A stretch of DNA of 50,667 nucleotides from NCBI GenBank assembly GCA_027077875.1, contig JALWRB010000326.1:1-50667 (forward strand), in the 5' to 3' direction. Source of the DNA: Candidatus Heimdallarchaeota archaeon (GTDB lineage Archaea > Asgardarchaeota > Heimdallarchaeia > Heimdallarchaeales > Kariarchaeaceae). Below are positions 9,614 to 18,170 of the stretch, piece by piece. The position numbers and the translations under genes are program-made. Position 1 is the stretch's first letter. Each line of letters begins with the position of its first letter. A model generated the notes under the pieces. That model saw only the letters and a program-made list of their open reading frames with translations. It did not search any database and was not told where the DNA came from.

Positions 9614-10445
9614 CACCAGAAAGCACGAGGAGGAAGCCAAGGACGGCCACAAGTGACATCTCCTCACCGAGAATAAGAGCTGAGGCGATCGCCCCCGAGA
9701 AGGGGATGATGTTGGTGGAGGGGGCCACCACCCCGGGGCCGAGAACCTCCACCGCCCGGTAGTGCAGGATATAGGAGAAGACCGAGGCGACGATCCCGAT
9801 GAAAAGGAGCCAGCCCCAGAACTGGAAGTCACTGCTCCCCAACTTCCTGTAGCTACCAAGTGTCAGCGGTGCCAGCATCAACGTCCCAACCACCTCAGAC
9901 CATGCCGTCAGGACGAGAGCTGAGAATCCGTGGTTGCTCAGCTTCTTGGAGAAGGAGAAGGACAAGCCCCAGATGCTGGCAGCGAGAAGGATCAGGAGAT
10001 TACCAATCAACTGCCCGGAGGAGACATCCCATCCGACGAGGAGTGAGACCCCGAGCATCCCCAGGACGACACTTCCCCACTTGCGGGGGGTCATCCGCTC
10101 ACCGAGGAGCAAGACTGCTGCGAGCATGGTCATCAACGGATTGACCGAGACGATCATAGAGGCGATTGAGGCGTCTGTAAGAGCGAGTCCCGTGTAGAAG
10201 ATGAGGTTGTTGACGGCGACACCCGTGACCGCGAGACCGATGACGGACAGCCATTCCCTGCCCCTTGGTACCACCTTCCCGTCGCTGAGCAACAGAACGG
10301 GAACGAAGAACACCGAGGCGATGAGGAACCTGAAGTAGACGATCTCGATGGCAGTTAAGCCGAGACCGCCGAGGACCTTTGCTCCGACGATGGATATTCC
10401 CCAGACGGTTGTGGAGAAGATTGGGTAGAGATAGACTTTCCGCAC
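9558..10445 (-). CDS. EamA/DMT family transporter
   Basis: About 10 TMs with duplicated WG-S motifs (VWGIS, IWGLS), FRF, and LLGE/ILGE loop motifs. Confidence 0.9.
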   Translation of the reverse strand: MRKVYLYPIFSTTVWGISIVGAKVLGGLGLTAIEIVYFRFLIASVFFVPVLLLSDGKVVPRGREWLSVIGLAVTGVAVNNLIFYTGLALTDASIASMIVSVNPLMTMLAAVLLLGERMTPRKWGSVVLGMLGVSLLVGWDVSSGQLIGNLLILLAASIWGLSFSFSKKLSNHGFSALVLTAWSEVVGTLMLAPLTLGSYRKLGSSDFQFWGWLLFIGIVASVFSYILHYRAVEVLGPGVVAPSTNIIPFSGAIASALILGEEMSLVAVLGFLLVLSGVILVQVPSASSSSGQQAT

Positions 10446-10469
10446 TAAGCTTCACTGAGGTCTCCGAAT

Positions 10470-11120
10470 TTAATCCTGAGCTTTGGGGAAAATGCCGCTC
10501 GCCCGCTTGACCATGAGTTCCACGAACGGATGCCCCGCCATCACGAGGTTGAGCAAGTTGAGGTAGACCGCCTCGGGCTCTTCCACGTCCTGCTCGTCCA
10601 ACCAAGCTGACAGTTGCTGTGAGACCTCGGCTCTTTGCTTAAGGTACTCCTCCATGTGGGCACTCACCAGTTGATCCCCGGGAGTGATGAGCGACACCGT
10701 GTACCTCAGGCTCTCGTCAGATAAGAGATTCTGTATGTACAAGTACGTCCTCCCCGTCCTGACGTAGAACACCGTGTCGTACCTCCCGTTGCTCAGATCA
10801 GCGATCTCGCGGACATGACCGCTGTCTATAAGTTTCTGTAGGTGGAAGTAGATGATGGTAAGCTTGGTCCCAATGCAATCGTGGATCTCAAGGGCACTCA
10901 TGGCCAGTCTCGGTTTACCACCAAATGATATCCCCTCTGCGAGGACGTCGAGAATTGCCCTGCGTGTCTTCTGCTTCGGCAGTCTTTGGACCTCTGGATT
11001 GAGGACATGGATGCTCGGTAGCCGGTAGTCCTCTAGCATTGCTATCTCCTCAGGACTGTTGTACTCCCTCATCTCTGACCACTTGAGGGCCAGTATATGA
11101 TCCTGTGGAAAATCGGGCAC
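10470..11120 (-). CDS. Winged-helix (ArsR-like) transcription regulator
   Basis: RRAILDVL...MSALEIH...IYFHLQKLIDSGHVREI helix-turn-helix and wing. Confidence 0.7.
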   Translation of the reverse strand: MPDFPQDHILALKWSEMREYNSPEEIAMLEDYRLPSIHVLNPEVQRLPKQKTRRAILDVLAEGISFGGKPRLAMSALEIHDCIGTKLTIIYFHLQKLIDSGHVREIADLSNGRYDTVFYVRTGRTYLYIQNLLSDESLRYTVSLITPGDQLVSAHMEEYLKQRAEVSQQLSAWLDEQDVEEPEAVYLNLLNLVMAGHPFVELMVKRASGIFPKAQD

Positions 11121-11158
11121 AGAAGCATCGAATCTTCAGAATTATAAAAAGGTATGTG

Positions 11159-11181
11159 ATATTCAGCAACAGACTGAATAT
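11159..11181. promoter_or_regulatory. Perfect inverted repeat ATATTCAG-N7-CTGAATAT, candidate operator
   Basis: Read directly. It lies just upstream of the TATA-like element (11141-11150) of the wHTH gene, in a divergent intergenic region. Confidence 0.45.
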
Positions 11182-11183
11182 AG

Positions 11184-13028
11184 ATGGAAGAAGTGAACGA
11201 ATTCGTGCATGTTGGGGCAGACATCTCTGGTACAGAGAATGATTTTTATCACAGAGGGAATAAATACATGAACTACTCACCTACACTGATGACGAAATCC
11301 GAGGAGAAAAAACACGATGAACAGAAGGATCAGGAGAGGAAGCAGAGGGCATCGAAGAAGGGGAGCGCCATAGGAAACGCCTTCAGGAATAACTGGAAGC
11401 GTGTCCTCATCATCCTGTTGTCGCTCGCCATCATCCTGATGATCATCCAGATCTCGGCTCTGATTGCCCCCGACCGATCGGACATCAATGTTCAGAACGT
11501 CATCGGATTCGACCAGGTGCACATGTTGCTCATCATCCTTTCGACAGTACTCACCTTCATGACCTTCTGGATATTCACAAGGATAATCTTCAGAGACCAC
11601 CGCGAGGATTTTGGTATCACCTCCGATTTCTCCGTCAAGGCAATTGTGTTCAGGATACTCATCCTGCTGTTCATCTCGGGTGTTTTCATCCTCCTTGACG
11701 TCGCACTGATCAACATCTACATCACGCTTCCCGCAGTGACGGTCGGGTGGTGGCTGAGCAATGTCTACGGCTGGGGATGGGGTGCGGGAACGGATCTGCT
11801 GACCTACGCCAACATCCGCTCCAATCTCTTCTACGGTTCCTTCGTTACCATTCTAATCTTCCCTGCGCTGATGTTCTTCCTCATCCTCACTCGCCTGGGC
11901 CGCCACAAGCTCATGGACGTACCTAAGGTCCCGGTGAAGAGCTACATCAAGGCGTTCAACAGGTTCGGGATAGTCAACTTCGTCATCGCTTTCATAACAG
12001 CGTTGTCGTTCTTCTCCGGAGGGTTCATCAGCGTGTTCGAGGCTGTCCCTCTAATCATCGTGTTGATGTTCTTCATACAGGCGATCTTCTTCTTCGTCCT
12101 CGTCTTCTTCGAGGTCTTCCGCAGGGTCTTCCACCTGACATCATCCTACATCCTGATGGTCATCCCGATCATCTTCATCTTCTACGTCATCCCTGTACTG
12201 TTGTGGGCTGTTTGGGATACCATCGTCGTGACCGTGGGCGGGGATCTGACCAAGACTATCTTCACCTCACCCCCTGCAGTGACAGATTTCTCCCTATTCG
12301 TCGTGGCCATACAGCAGAACAGCACGGCGATCCTCAGGATACTGGAGCTGGACTTCGTGATCATGATCGGTGTGGCAGCTGTCGTCATCGGCTTCGCGGA
12401 AGGCTACTCCCTGTTCTCCATCGTCCGGAGCATCTCCCAGGGGCAGAAGATCACAAGAGCAGGGACAATTATCTCCGGGACCTCGTCAACGGGGGTCAGG
12501 GTCACGCAGTCGTTCTTCCTCGCCACGTGGTTCTCCATGCTCTGGGACAAGGCGATAGAGAGCCTAAGCTTCCTCGCGGTAGACCTGTCACTCCCCTTCG
12601 ACTTCGCCGTCGACCTTCCGTCATTCATCACGCTGTCTATGGACTTCTCCGCCCTGATAGACCAGCAGTTCTTCCTGCCCCTGACCTTCTTGGTGCTCCC
12701 GGCGTTGATCGTCGTCAACTCCCTCTTCAAGTTCCTCTCGGTCTCGATCATCACCCAGTACACCAAGGAGGACTACCAGATCTTTTTCCTGCTGATCTCC
12801 TCGACCTTCGTGCTGATCATCATCAAGATCTACAGCGACATCGCATCGATATCCACCCTGCAGGGCCCCTTCAGCCAGTTGATCCCCTTCTCCTCATTGT
12901 CCTCGAGCAACCTGCTGATCTTCTCGGTCAAGGTCTTCAGCAATCTGGAGGCCTTCGCCTTCTTCGCAGGGTTGTTCACGGTTATCTATCGGGCGATATT
13001 CAAACGCTCGGACGAGGGGAAAGAATAA
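11184..13028 (+). CDS. Large polytopic membrane protein of unknown function (start more likely 11268 or 11289)
   Basis: About 12-13 TM segments and strongly GC3-rich host-like codon usage. Confidence 0.75.
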   Translation: MEEVNEFVHVGADISGTENDFYHRGNKYMNYSPTLMTKSEEKKHDEQKDQERKQRASKKGSAIGNAFRNNWKRVLIILLSLAIILMIIQISALIAPDRSDINVQNVIGFDQVHMLLIILSTVLTFMTFWIFTRIIFRDHREDFGITSDFSVKAIVFRILILLFISGVFILLDVALINIYITLPAVTVGWWLSNVYGWGWGAGTDLLTYANIRSNLFYGSFVTILIFPALMFFLILTRLGRHKLMDVPKVPVKSYIKAFNRFGIVNFVIAFITALSFFSGGFISVFEAVPLIIVLMFFIQAIFFFVLVFFEVFRRVFHLTSSYILMVIPIIFIFYVIPVLLWAVWDTIVVTVGGDLTKTIFTSPPAVTDFSLFVVAIQQNSTAILRILELDFVIMIGVAAVVIGFAEGYSLFSIVRSISQGQKITRAGTIISGTSSTGVRVTQSFFLATWFSMLWDKAIESLSFLAVDLSLPFDFAVDLPSFITLSMDFSALIDQQFFLPLTFLVLPALIVVNSLFKFLSVSIITQYTKEDYQIFFLLISSTFVLIIIKIYSDIASISTLQGPFSQLIPFSSLSSSNLLIFSVKVFSNLEAFAFFAGLFTVIYRAIFKRSDEGKE

Positions 13029-13035
13029 AGTTCTA

Positions 13036-13359
13036 ATGTCAGGTGTGGACAGGATCATCATGGATTGTATAAACTGCGGAGCTAGGGTGAATCCCAATCA
13101 GAAGTTCTGCTCCAACTGCGGGACAAGAGTTCAGACAATGGAGTCACAGCAACCCGTCAGGGGCAGCACCTACGCCACGGGGAGAACCGCTGCTTCCAAC
13201 TGCCTGTGGTGCGGACAGAATGCAGGGTTCAAGGAGGAGGAGGGGAAATTGGACTCCAAGTGGGGGATGACCGCCCACAGGGTAAAGCTGTACATCTGTA
13301 ATAACTGCGGCTTCGTCCACCAGTTCGGGCTGGGCCGCACGATCTTCGACTTCGACTGA
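13036..13359 (+). CDS. Multi-zinc-ribbon protein
   Basis: Four CxxC pairs: CINCG...CSNCG and CLWCG...CNNCG. Confidence 0.8.
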   Translation: MSGVDRIIMDCINCGARVNPNQKFCSNCGTRVQTMESQQPVRGSTYATGRTAASNCLWCGQNAGFKEEEGKLDSKWGMTAHRVKLYICNNCGFVHQFGLGRTIFDFD

Positions 13360-13362
13360 GCC

Positions 13363-13461
13363 CTATATGCAGTTTCTCTCCTGGCGAAGGAGCAGCTTCC
13401 TGAGGTTGTCGAATGACCTGACCAGCGGATCCGCCAGTCTCTTCTCCGATCGACAGTCCAT
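13363..13461 (-). CDS. Candidate 32-aa small protein
   Basis: MDCRSEKRLADPLVRSFDNLRKLLLRQERNCI, preceded by GAGGTGA-tata-ATG (SD-like element overlapping the upstream stop). Confidence 0.45.
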   Translation of the reverse strand: MDCRSEKRLADPLVRSFDNLRKLLLRQERNCI

Positions 13462-13465
13462 TATA

Positions 13466-13564
13466 TCACCTCAGGACGTCGAGGTAGTGGCTGTACCTCT
13501 CCATCATGATTTTCTTCTGTACTGTGTTTCTGTCGTGTGTCTTCTTGATCTCGTTTGTCTTCAT
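13466..13564 (-). CDS. Candidate 32-aa small protein
   Basis: MKTNEIKKTHDRNTVQKKIMMERYSHYLDVLR, preceded by AAGGTGA-catcc-ATG, with a TTATATA element further upstream. Confidence 0.45.
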   Translation of the reverse strand: MKTNEIKKTHDRNTVQKKIMMERYSHYLDVLR

Positions 13565-13818
13565 GGATGTCACCTTTCGGGAATTTTATCCCTGACAGTA
13601 TATGGGGGTGAATGTATATAATGAATCGTCAAAACTAGGGTTTGAGTACCTAATACACGAGTGTACAACAATCTATGGCTGGTGATGACCCTTCACCCAC
13701 AAGTGTACGAAGAGGAGTGGTTTGTTGTAGCGATCCAAAATGCCCAAGGACTGTACCTAATACTGTAAGCACAACCTAATCGGTAATAGTTGGAAAATGC
13801 GTACTTATGTTCGGTAAA

Positions 13819-15015
13819 TTAACTCCCTGTCCTGAATCCAGACCTCTTTCGATTTAGAACCCCATAGAGTAATAAGAGTAAGGTGTAGCTAAGCTGTTTG
13901 AGGATCAACGCAGATATTGGTACAGGGAAGTACTCAACATTCCAGTTTACAGGGTGGAAATACTCGAACATTGGAATAGGAGAGATTGTCCCATCGCTCG
14001 ATAAGAGTATAAGTAATGGGACCACAAGAATTGACAACCTCGTCATTTGTAAGGTATCGAGTACATTCACATGCAGGATTATCAAGTTAATTATCACGAT
14101 TGAGACCAAGAAATAGGCATAGATGTGAACAGAGAAGAAAGTCCCATAGCCAGGAAATCTACCATTGCGGGAGAATCCTCCTATTAAGAAATATAGTGTG
14201 AAGAACACCCATGAGATCCCGGTCCATATCGAAACTCTTGCAAAGTATTGCTTCAGAGTAGATATGGGCATTGTCCGATACACCTTCAACCTCTTCTGAT
14301 AAAGCGACCTCATGAAGGATAGTCCGAGAATTGAATAGATTAATACATCCCTGTAACCGAATCTGGACAGTAGCTGAGACGCTATTGCCTCGATGTGAAG
14401 AGTCACAAAATAATATCGTGTGATCAAGATTCCCGGAGAGTAATCGTAATTTACGAAGTAACCGATTTCGCTCTGACGGAAGAAAAACTGAACTATCAGG
14501 AATAGAGGGATCACAATGCCAACAATACTTATAGACCTGATTTCCTCCTCTAAATATGGGAACTTGTGTCTACGGATGAGGATTTCCAAGACCACCCCCG
14601 TCAAAATGAGAAGAGCGGCAGCGGTATAGAATATGTATCGAACCTCATTTCCACCCTCTACATATGCATAAATACGTGTTGGAGCAGGATTGTCAGAAGA
14701 TATTGAGATGCTCAAAAATCCAGATCTATCACTGAAGGTTCTATTATACTGAAAATTAAGTATCTGTCCAGTATAGTGAATCTCTTCAATACCAGATATG
14801 TAGATTATTTTGGTTTCCGGACTGGAGGACTGAATAAGTATATACACGGTCTCTCCGATGTTGACATAGACAGTAATCTGGTCGAACGGGTTGATCGAGG
14901 TATTTCTGACCGTCACATCTGCTAAGACCTTCTTGCTAACTGGGAGTCCAACGAAAGAGAGGCAGATCATACCCATGAGGAGAAAAGCTATGGTGATGGT
15001 ATACGGTCTTTTCAT
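13819..15015 (-). CDS. Putative ABC transporter permease (extracytoplasmic domain plus TM bundle)
   Basis: N-terminal TM, soluble beta-rich domain, then multiple TMs. ATGA overlap with the upstream permease, in an operon with an ABC ATPase. Confidence 0.65.
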   Translation of the reverse strand: MKRPYTITIAFLLMGMICLSFVGLPVSKKVLADVTVRNTSINPFDQITVYVNIGETVYILIQSSSPETKIIYISGIEEIHYTGQILNFQYNRTFSDRSGFLSISISSDNPAPTRIYAYVEGGNEVRYIFYTAAALLILTGVVLEILIRRHKFPYLEEEIRSISIVGIVIPLFLIVQFFFRQSEIGYFVNYDYSPGILITRYYFVTLHIEAIASQLLSRFGYRDVLIYSILGLSFMRSLYQKRLKVYRTMPISTLKQYFARVSIWTGISWVFFTLYFLIGGFSRNGRFPGYGTFFSVHIYAYFLVSIVIINLIILHVNVLDTLQMTRLSILVVPLLILLSSDGTISPIPMFEYFHPVNWNVEYFPVPISALILKQLSYTLLLLLYGVLNRKRSGFRTGS

Positions 15016-16178
15016 GATTGCACCTCAGCCTGTAAGTAGTTTCTCTTGAGGAGAGAGTATGAAGCGGTAATGGTAATGGGGAGGAGGATACTATCCCACC
15101 AGATTGCGGAGGCATCTGCTATGTTGGATAGTCTGAAAGGTAACACCGATATGTGGTCTGAGATAAGGTATAAAGCAATCACGAGTATTACCCTGATCTC
15201 AGGATTGCTGATGTGGACAAAGAGTAGACCCAGAACTATGAGGTACTGTACCAGAACCAGCCCTTGCGACACGAAGACGGTCAAAATCTGTAGAAATCTA
15301 TCGGTGGTTACAGTCCTCGCGGATAGGTCGAAGTAGACAATGGTAAAATAGTACACAAATGACTGAATACTTATTGACCATGCACTCTTTACCATCTCAA
15401 CCATCCTCCAGTAGAACATCTTTGTTTTACCGCCGGGGTAGGACCAGAAGTATTGTACAGCCTTCTTATCCAATGTGAAGTATGTCGAGACTACCACGGT
15501 TAAGAATACCCACCAGAGAGCGGCATATTGATACCTACTTAGACGATACATGATTTCTATAGGCTCTAATTGAAAGATCTTATAACTAGGACTGAATACA
15601 ATTATAGAGAGCAGGACTGTAAAAATAATTTCGATGACATCACCATCCCTGACAGATGCTATATATGCCCACAGACTTCTTGGTCTCCAAAGAATTGACA
15701 TGACCAGTCCTACAACCGCTCCTACGGCATACGGAGTTAGTATTTCGGTCAGGCGCTGTGGATCGACCTTGACCACGAGGTCAATAATGTACTCCCCAAG
15801 AATAAATTCTCCAGTGTGTGTGCTTCTCACTGATATTTTCAGTACTCCAGCAGTGGGGAGAGATATGTAAATGTTATCGGAGACTAACTCATCACTATCC
15901 CGACTAGATTTAGTGAGATTATTGGAGTATAAGGTCTGGACTTCACCTCCATCCAAGAGCAATGATATCTCTATACTAATTGAGAAATTTGAAGTGATTT
16001 GCCCCCTGAAGTAACTCGGTCGGTACACCTTGAATGAATTTGTGTAGATCCAGTCTCTATCTGTGGTTATTTCCTCCTCTTCTGATATGTCCTTGGTATT
16101 TCTGATGATATTTCCCCAAATTATGAGAACCAGGAGGAAAGATATGGATGCCTTCTGGAGGGTATTAATTGATTTCAC
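15012..16178 (-). CDS. Putative ABC transporter permease (extracytoplasmic domain plus TM bundle)
   Basis: Same architecture as 13819-15015. The FWSYPGGKTK loop resembles the ABC-2 permease 'xxPIS/xR' loop. Overlaps the ATPase stop. Confidence 0.65.
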   Translation of the reverse strand: MKSINTLQKASISFLLVLIIWGNIIRNTKDISEEEEITTDRDWIYTNSFKVYRPSYFRGQITSNFSISIEISLLLDGGEVQTLYSNNLTKSSRDSDELVSDNIYISLPTAGVLKISVRSTHTGEFILGEYIIDLVVKVDPQRLTEILTPYAVGAVVGLVMSILWRPRSLWAYIASVRDGDVIEIIFTVLLSIIVFSPSYKIFQLEPIEIMYRLSRYQYAALWWVFLTVVVSTYFTLDKKAVQYFWSYPGGKTKMFYWRMVEMVKSAWSISIQSFVYYFTIVYFDLSARTVTTDRFLQILTVFVSQGLVLVQYLIVLGLLFVHISNPEIRVILVIALYLISDHISVLPFRLSNIADASAIWWDSILLPITITASYSLLKRNYLQAEVQS

Positions 16179-17067
16179 CCCCTACGAGATCAACGAAGAG
16201 TTGCTCCAAGATGCTGCGTGCTGGGGTCATTTCGTACTGAACCAGACTACGCAATTTATCTAAATCTTCTCTCTCCTCAGTATGAATCTCAAGTGCCAGA
16301 CCTCGTTCCCTTACACAATAATTCTCCTTCTGAAGAATGTCCTTCATCTCCCGGTGCTTTACAGGATCCTTAAACCTGATCCTGTAATCCTTCACCCATC
16401 CTTCCTCAAGAATCTCACTCATCGACGACTGCATTAATAAGCTCCCCTCATGGATGACAACAACCTCATCACAGACCCGCTCAAGATCATGAAGTATGTG
16501 GCTGAGGATGACGAAGTTCATGTCCTTGGTGTAGGCGAGGTCCTGAATATACTCCAAGGCAGTAGTTCTGGCATTGACATCAAGATTAGCGGTTGGTTCG
16601 TCCAAGATAACATAGTTTGGGTAACCAATAATGGCCTGAGCGATCCCAAATTTCTGCTTCATACCTGCAGATAGCTTCTGGAATTTCTCGTCAGCCTTGT
16701 CGGCAATCCCGAAAAGCTCTAGCGTTGCCAATCCATCATCCTCTGCGTCTGATGGATCAAGCCCCCGGAGCTGCCCAATGAACCTCAGGTGATCCCGAAG
16801 TGTGGCCCACTGTGGGAAGTCAGAATCCTCAAACATCACACCGACACGTTTGAGTACCTCCTCCCGCTTTTTGTGTACGTCCAAACCATCAATTGTGATA
16901 CTTCCCTCCTTTGCCCGTAAAAGTCCAATCATCAGGTTAACAAGAGTGGTTTTCCCAGCACCATTCTGTCCAATGAGTCCAGTTATCTTTCCTCCAATCT
17001 CCAAACTGAATGCCTCGAACAAAGGCTTTTTGCCATACCCAAAAGTTATCTGATCAATGTTAATCAT
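16165..17067 (-). CDS. ABC transporter ATP-binding protein (multidrug/ABC-2 exporter type)
   Basis: Walker A GQNGAGKTT, signature LSAGMKQ, Walker B ILDEPT, switch LSH. Confidence 0.93.
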   Translation of the reverse strand: MINIDQITFGYGKKPLFEAFSLEIGGKITGLIGQNGAGKTTLVNLMIGLLRAKEGSITIDGLDVHKKREEVLKRVGVMFEDSDFPQWATLRDHLRFIGQLRGLDPSDAEDDGLATLELFGIADKADEKFQKLSAGMKQKFGIAQAIIGYPNYVILDEPTANLDVNARTTALEYIQDLAYTKDMNFVILSHILHDLERVCDEVVVIHEGSLLMQSSMSEILEEGWVKDYRIRFKDPVKHREMKDILQKENYCVRERGLALEIHTEEREDLDKLRSLVQYEMTPARSILEQLFVDLVGGEIN

Positions 17068-17092
17068 AGCACAATTTTTCTAGCGAACTATG

Positions 17093-17130
17093 GACTAATA
17101 AACGTTAAGTTTATTTAGTCAAAAAAAAAA
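17093..17130. promoter_or_regulatory. Symmetric back-to-back promoter: inverted repeat followed by an A10 tract
   Basis: GACTAATAAAC (17093-17103) and GTTTATTTAGTC (17109-17120), each arm giving a TTTATT on opposite strands. A10 at 17121-17130. Confidence 0.5.
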
Positions 17131-17137
17131 CTAATCA

Positions 17138-17830
17138 ATGACGAGGAGAAACTTCAACGTCAAAACACAATCATTTGTGTTACTATTTGTTCTTGCAGTA
17201 TCCATGTACGGGACAATTAACGCAAGTGCGGGCTACTGGATTTCAGTCCAGGATGATGACTTCGTAGGATATACTGGAAGTACGCTTCAGGGTACATTGG
17301 GCTCTGGTGGTGGTTCGGGTACATTAAGATGTGATACAACGAGCAATTTGGCCTACCTCGAAGCGGAGAGCGGACAGGGATCCGGAAATGCATACTGCAA
17401 ATACGACACGGACTATGGTGCGGGTCATGATGGATACGCAGGAAAAAGCGGAATAAGATACTTTGCAAGTGCAACTCTTCACATAAAAGGGTCTACAACG
17501 GATGAAGAAGCGGGATCAAATGCTTATCTAAGGATCACGGTTGAACTCTACTATTCCAATGGCCCTGATGACCATACACTGCGGAGCAAAGTGATGACCT
17601 TCTACTCCACATCCACGAGCAATGACTTCGATCAGGACCTGACACTCTCAACATCATATGTCAGATTATCCGTTGACACGAGGTTGTACATCAGAGTGAC
17701 GGTGAATGCATATGCAACAACCGGAAGCGAGTATGGAGGAGAGTCGAGTGTAGATTTTAGTACACAGGGACGAGTGATCACACTCAAGCACTGGTACCTA
17801 TACAAGTACTACGAATCCAATATCTTTTAA
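17138..17830 (+). CDS. Secreted beta-rich protein of unknown function
   Basis: Signal peptide (basic N-terminus, FVLLFVLAVSM, ASA cleavage-like site). Mature part is G/S/T/Y-rich with two Cys and no C-terminal anchor. Confidence 0.75.
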   Translation: MTRRNFNVKTQSFVLLFVLAVSMYGTINASAGYWISVQDDDFVGYTGSTLQGTLGSGGGSGTLRCDTTSNLAYLEAESGQGSGNAYCKYDTDYGAGHDGYAGKSGIRYFASATLHIKGSTTDEEAGSNAYLRITVELYYSNGPDDHTLRSKVMTFYSTSTSNDFDQDLTLSTSYVRLSVDTRLYIRVTVNAYATTGSEYGGESSVDFSTQGRVITLKHWYLYKYYESNIF

Positions 17831-18170
17831 TGAATTCTATCAAGATAAAATTATTGAGATGTAAAGTATTTCCTACATAAAAAATATTGCCAAAAATTAA
17901 GTGAAAACTTAATGTAGACCATTTTCAATTGTTGAAGATAAATTAATCATAATTATTCATCAAAATTTGAGTGTGCATTACTGAGGGAGGGCAGGATCTT
18001 GTGCACACCGATGACTTCCCGCTGTACCCCTGCATCCTTCAGGGAATCATAAGCGGGAACAGGTGAAAATCCCGTGGTCGTAAAATAACTCTGCAAGAGG
18101 GTGGAGAGACAACTAGCGCTCGGAATGATTAAATACAAAGACCCCAACTTAGGAGTATGGAGGGCGAGGA

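Noticed and set aside
13646-13763. 11-bp direct repeat GTACCTAATAC as an island attachment site
   Set aside because: Both copies are on the same side of the AT-richer module. I saw no copy at the other border and no integrase or tRNA.
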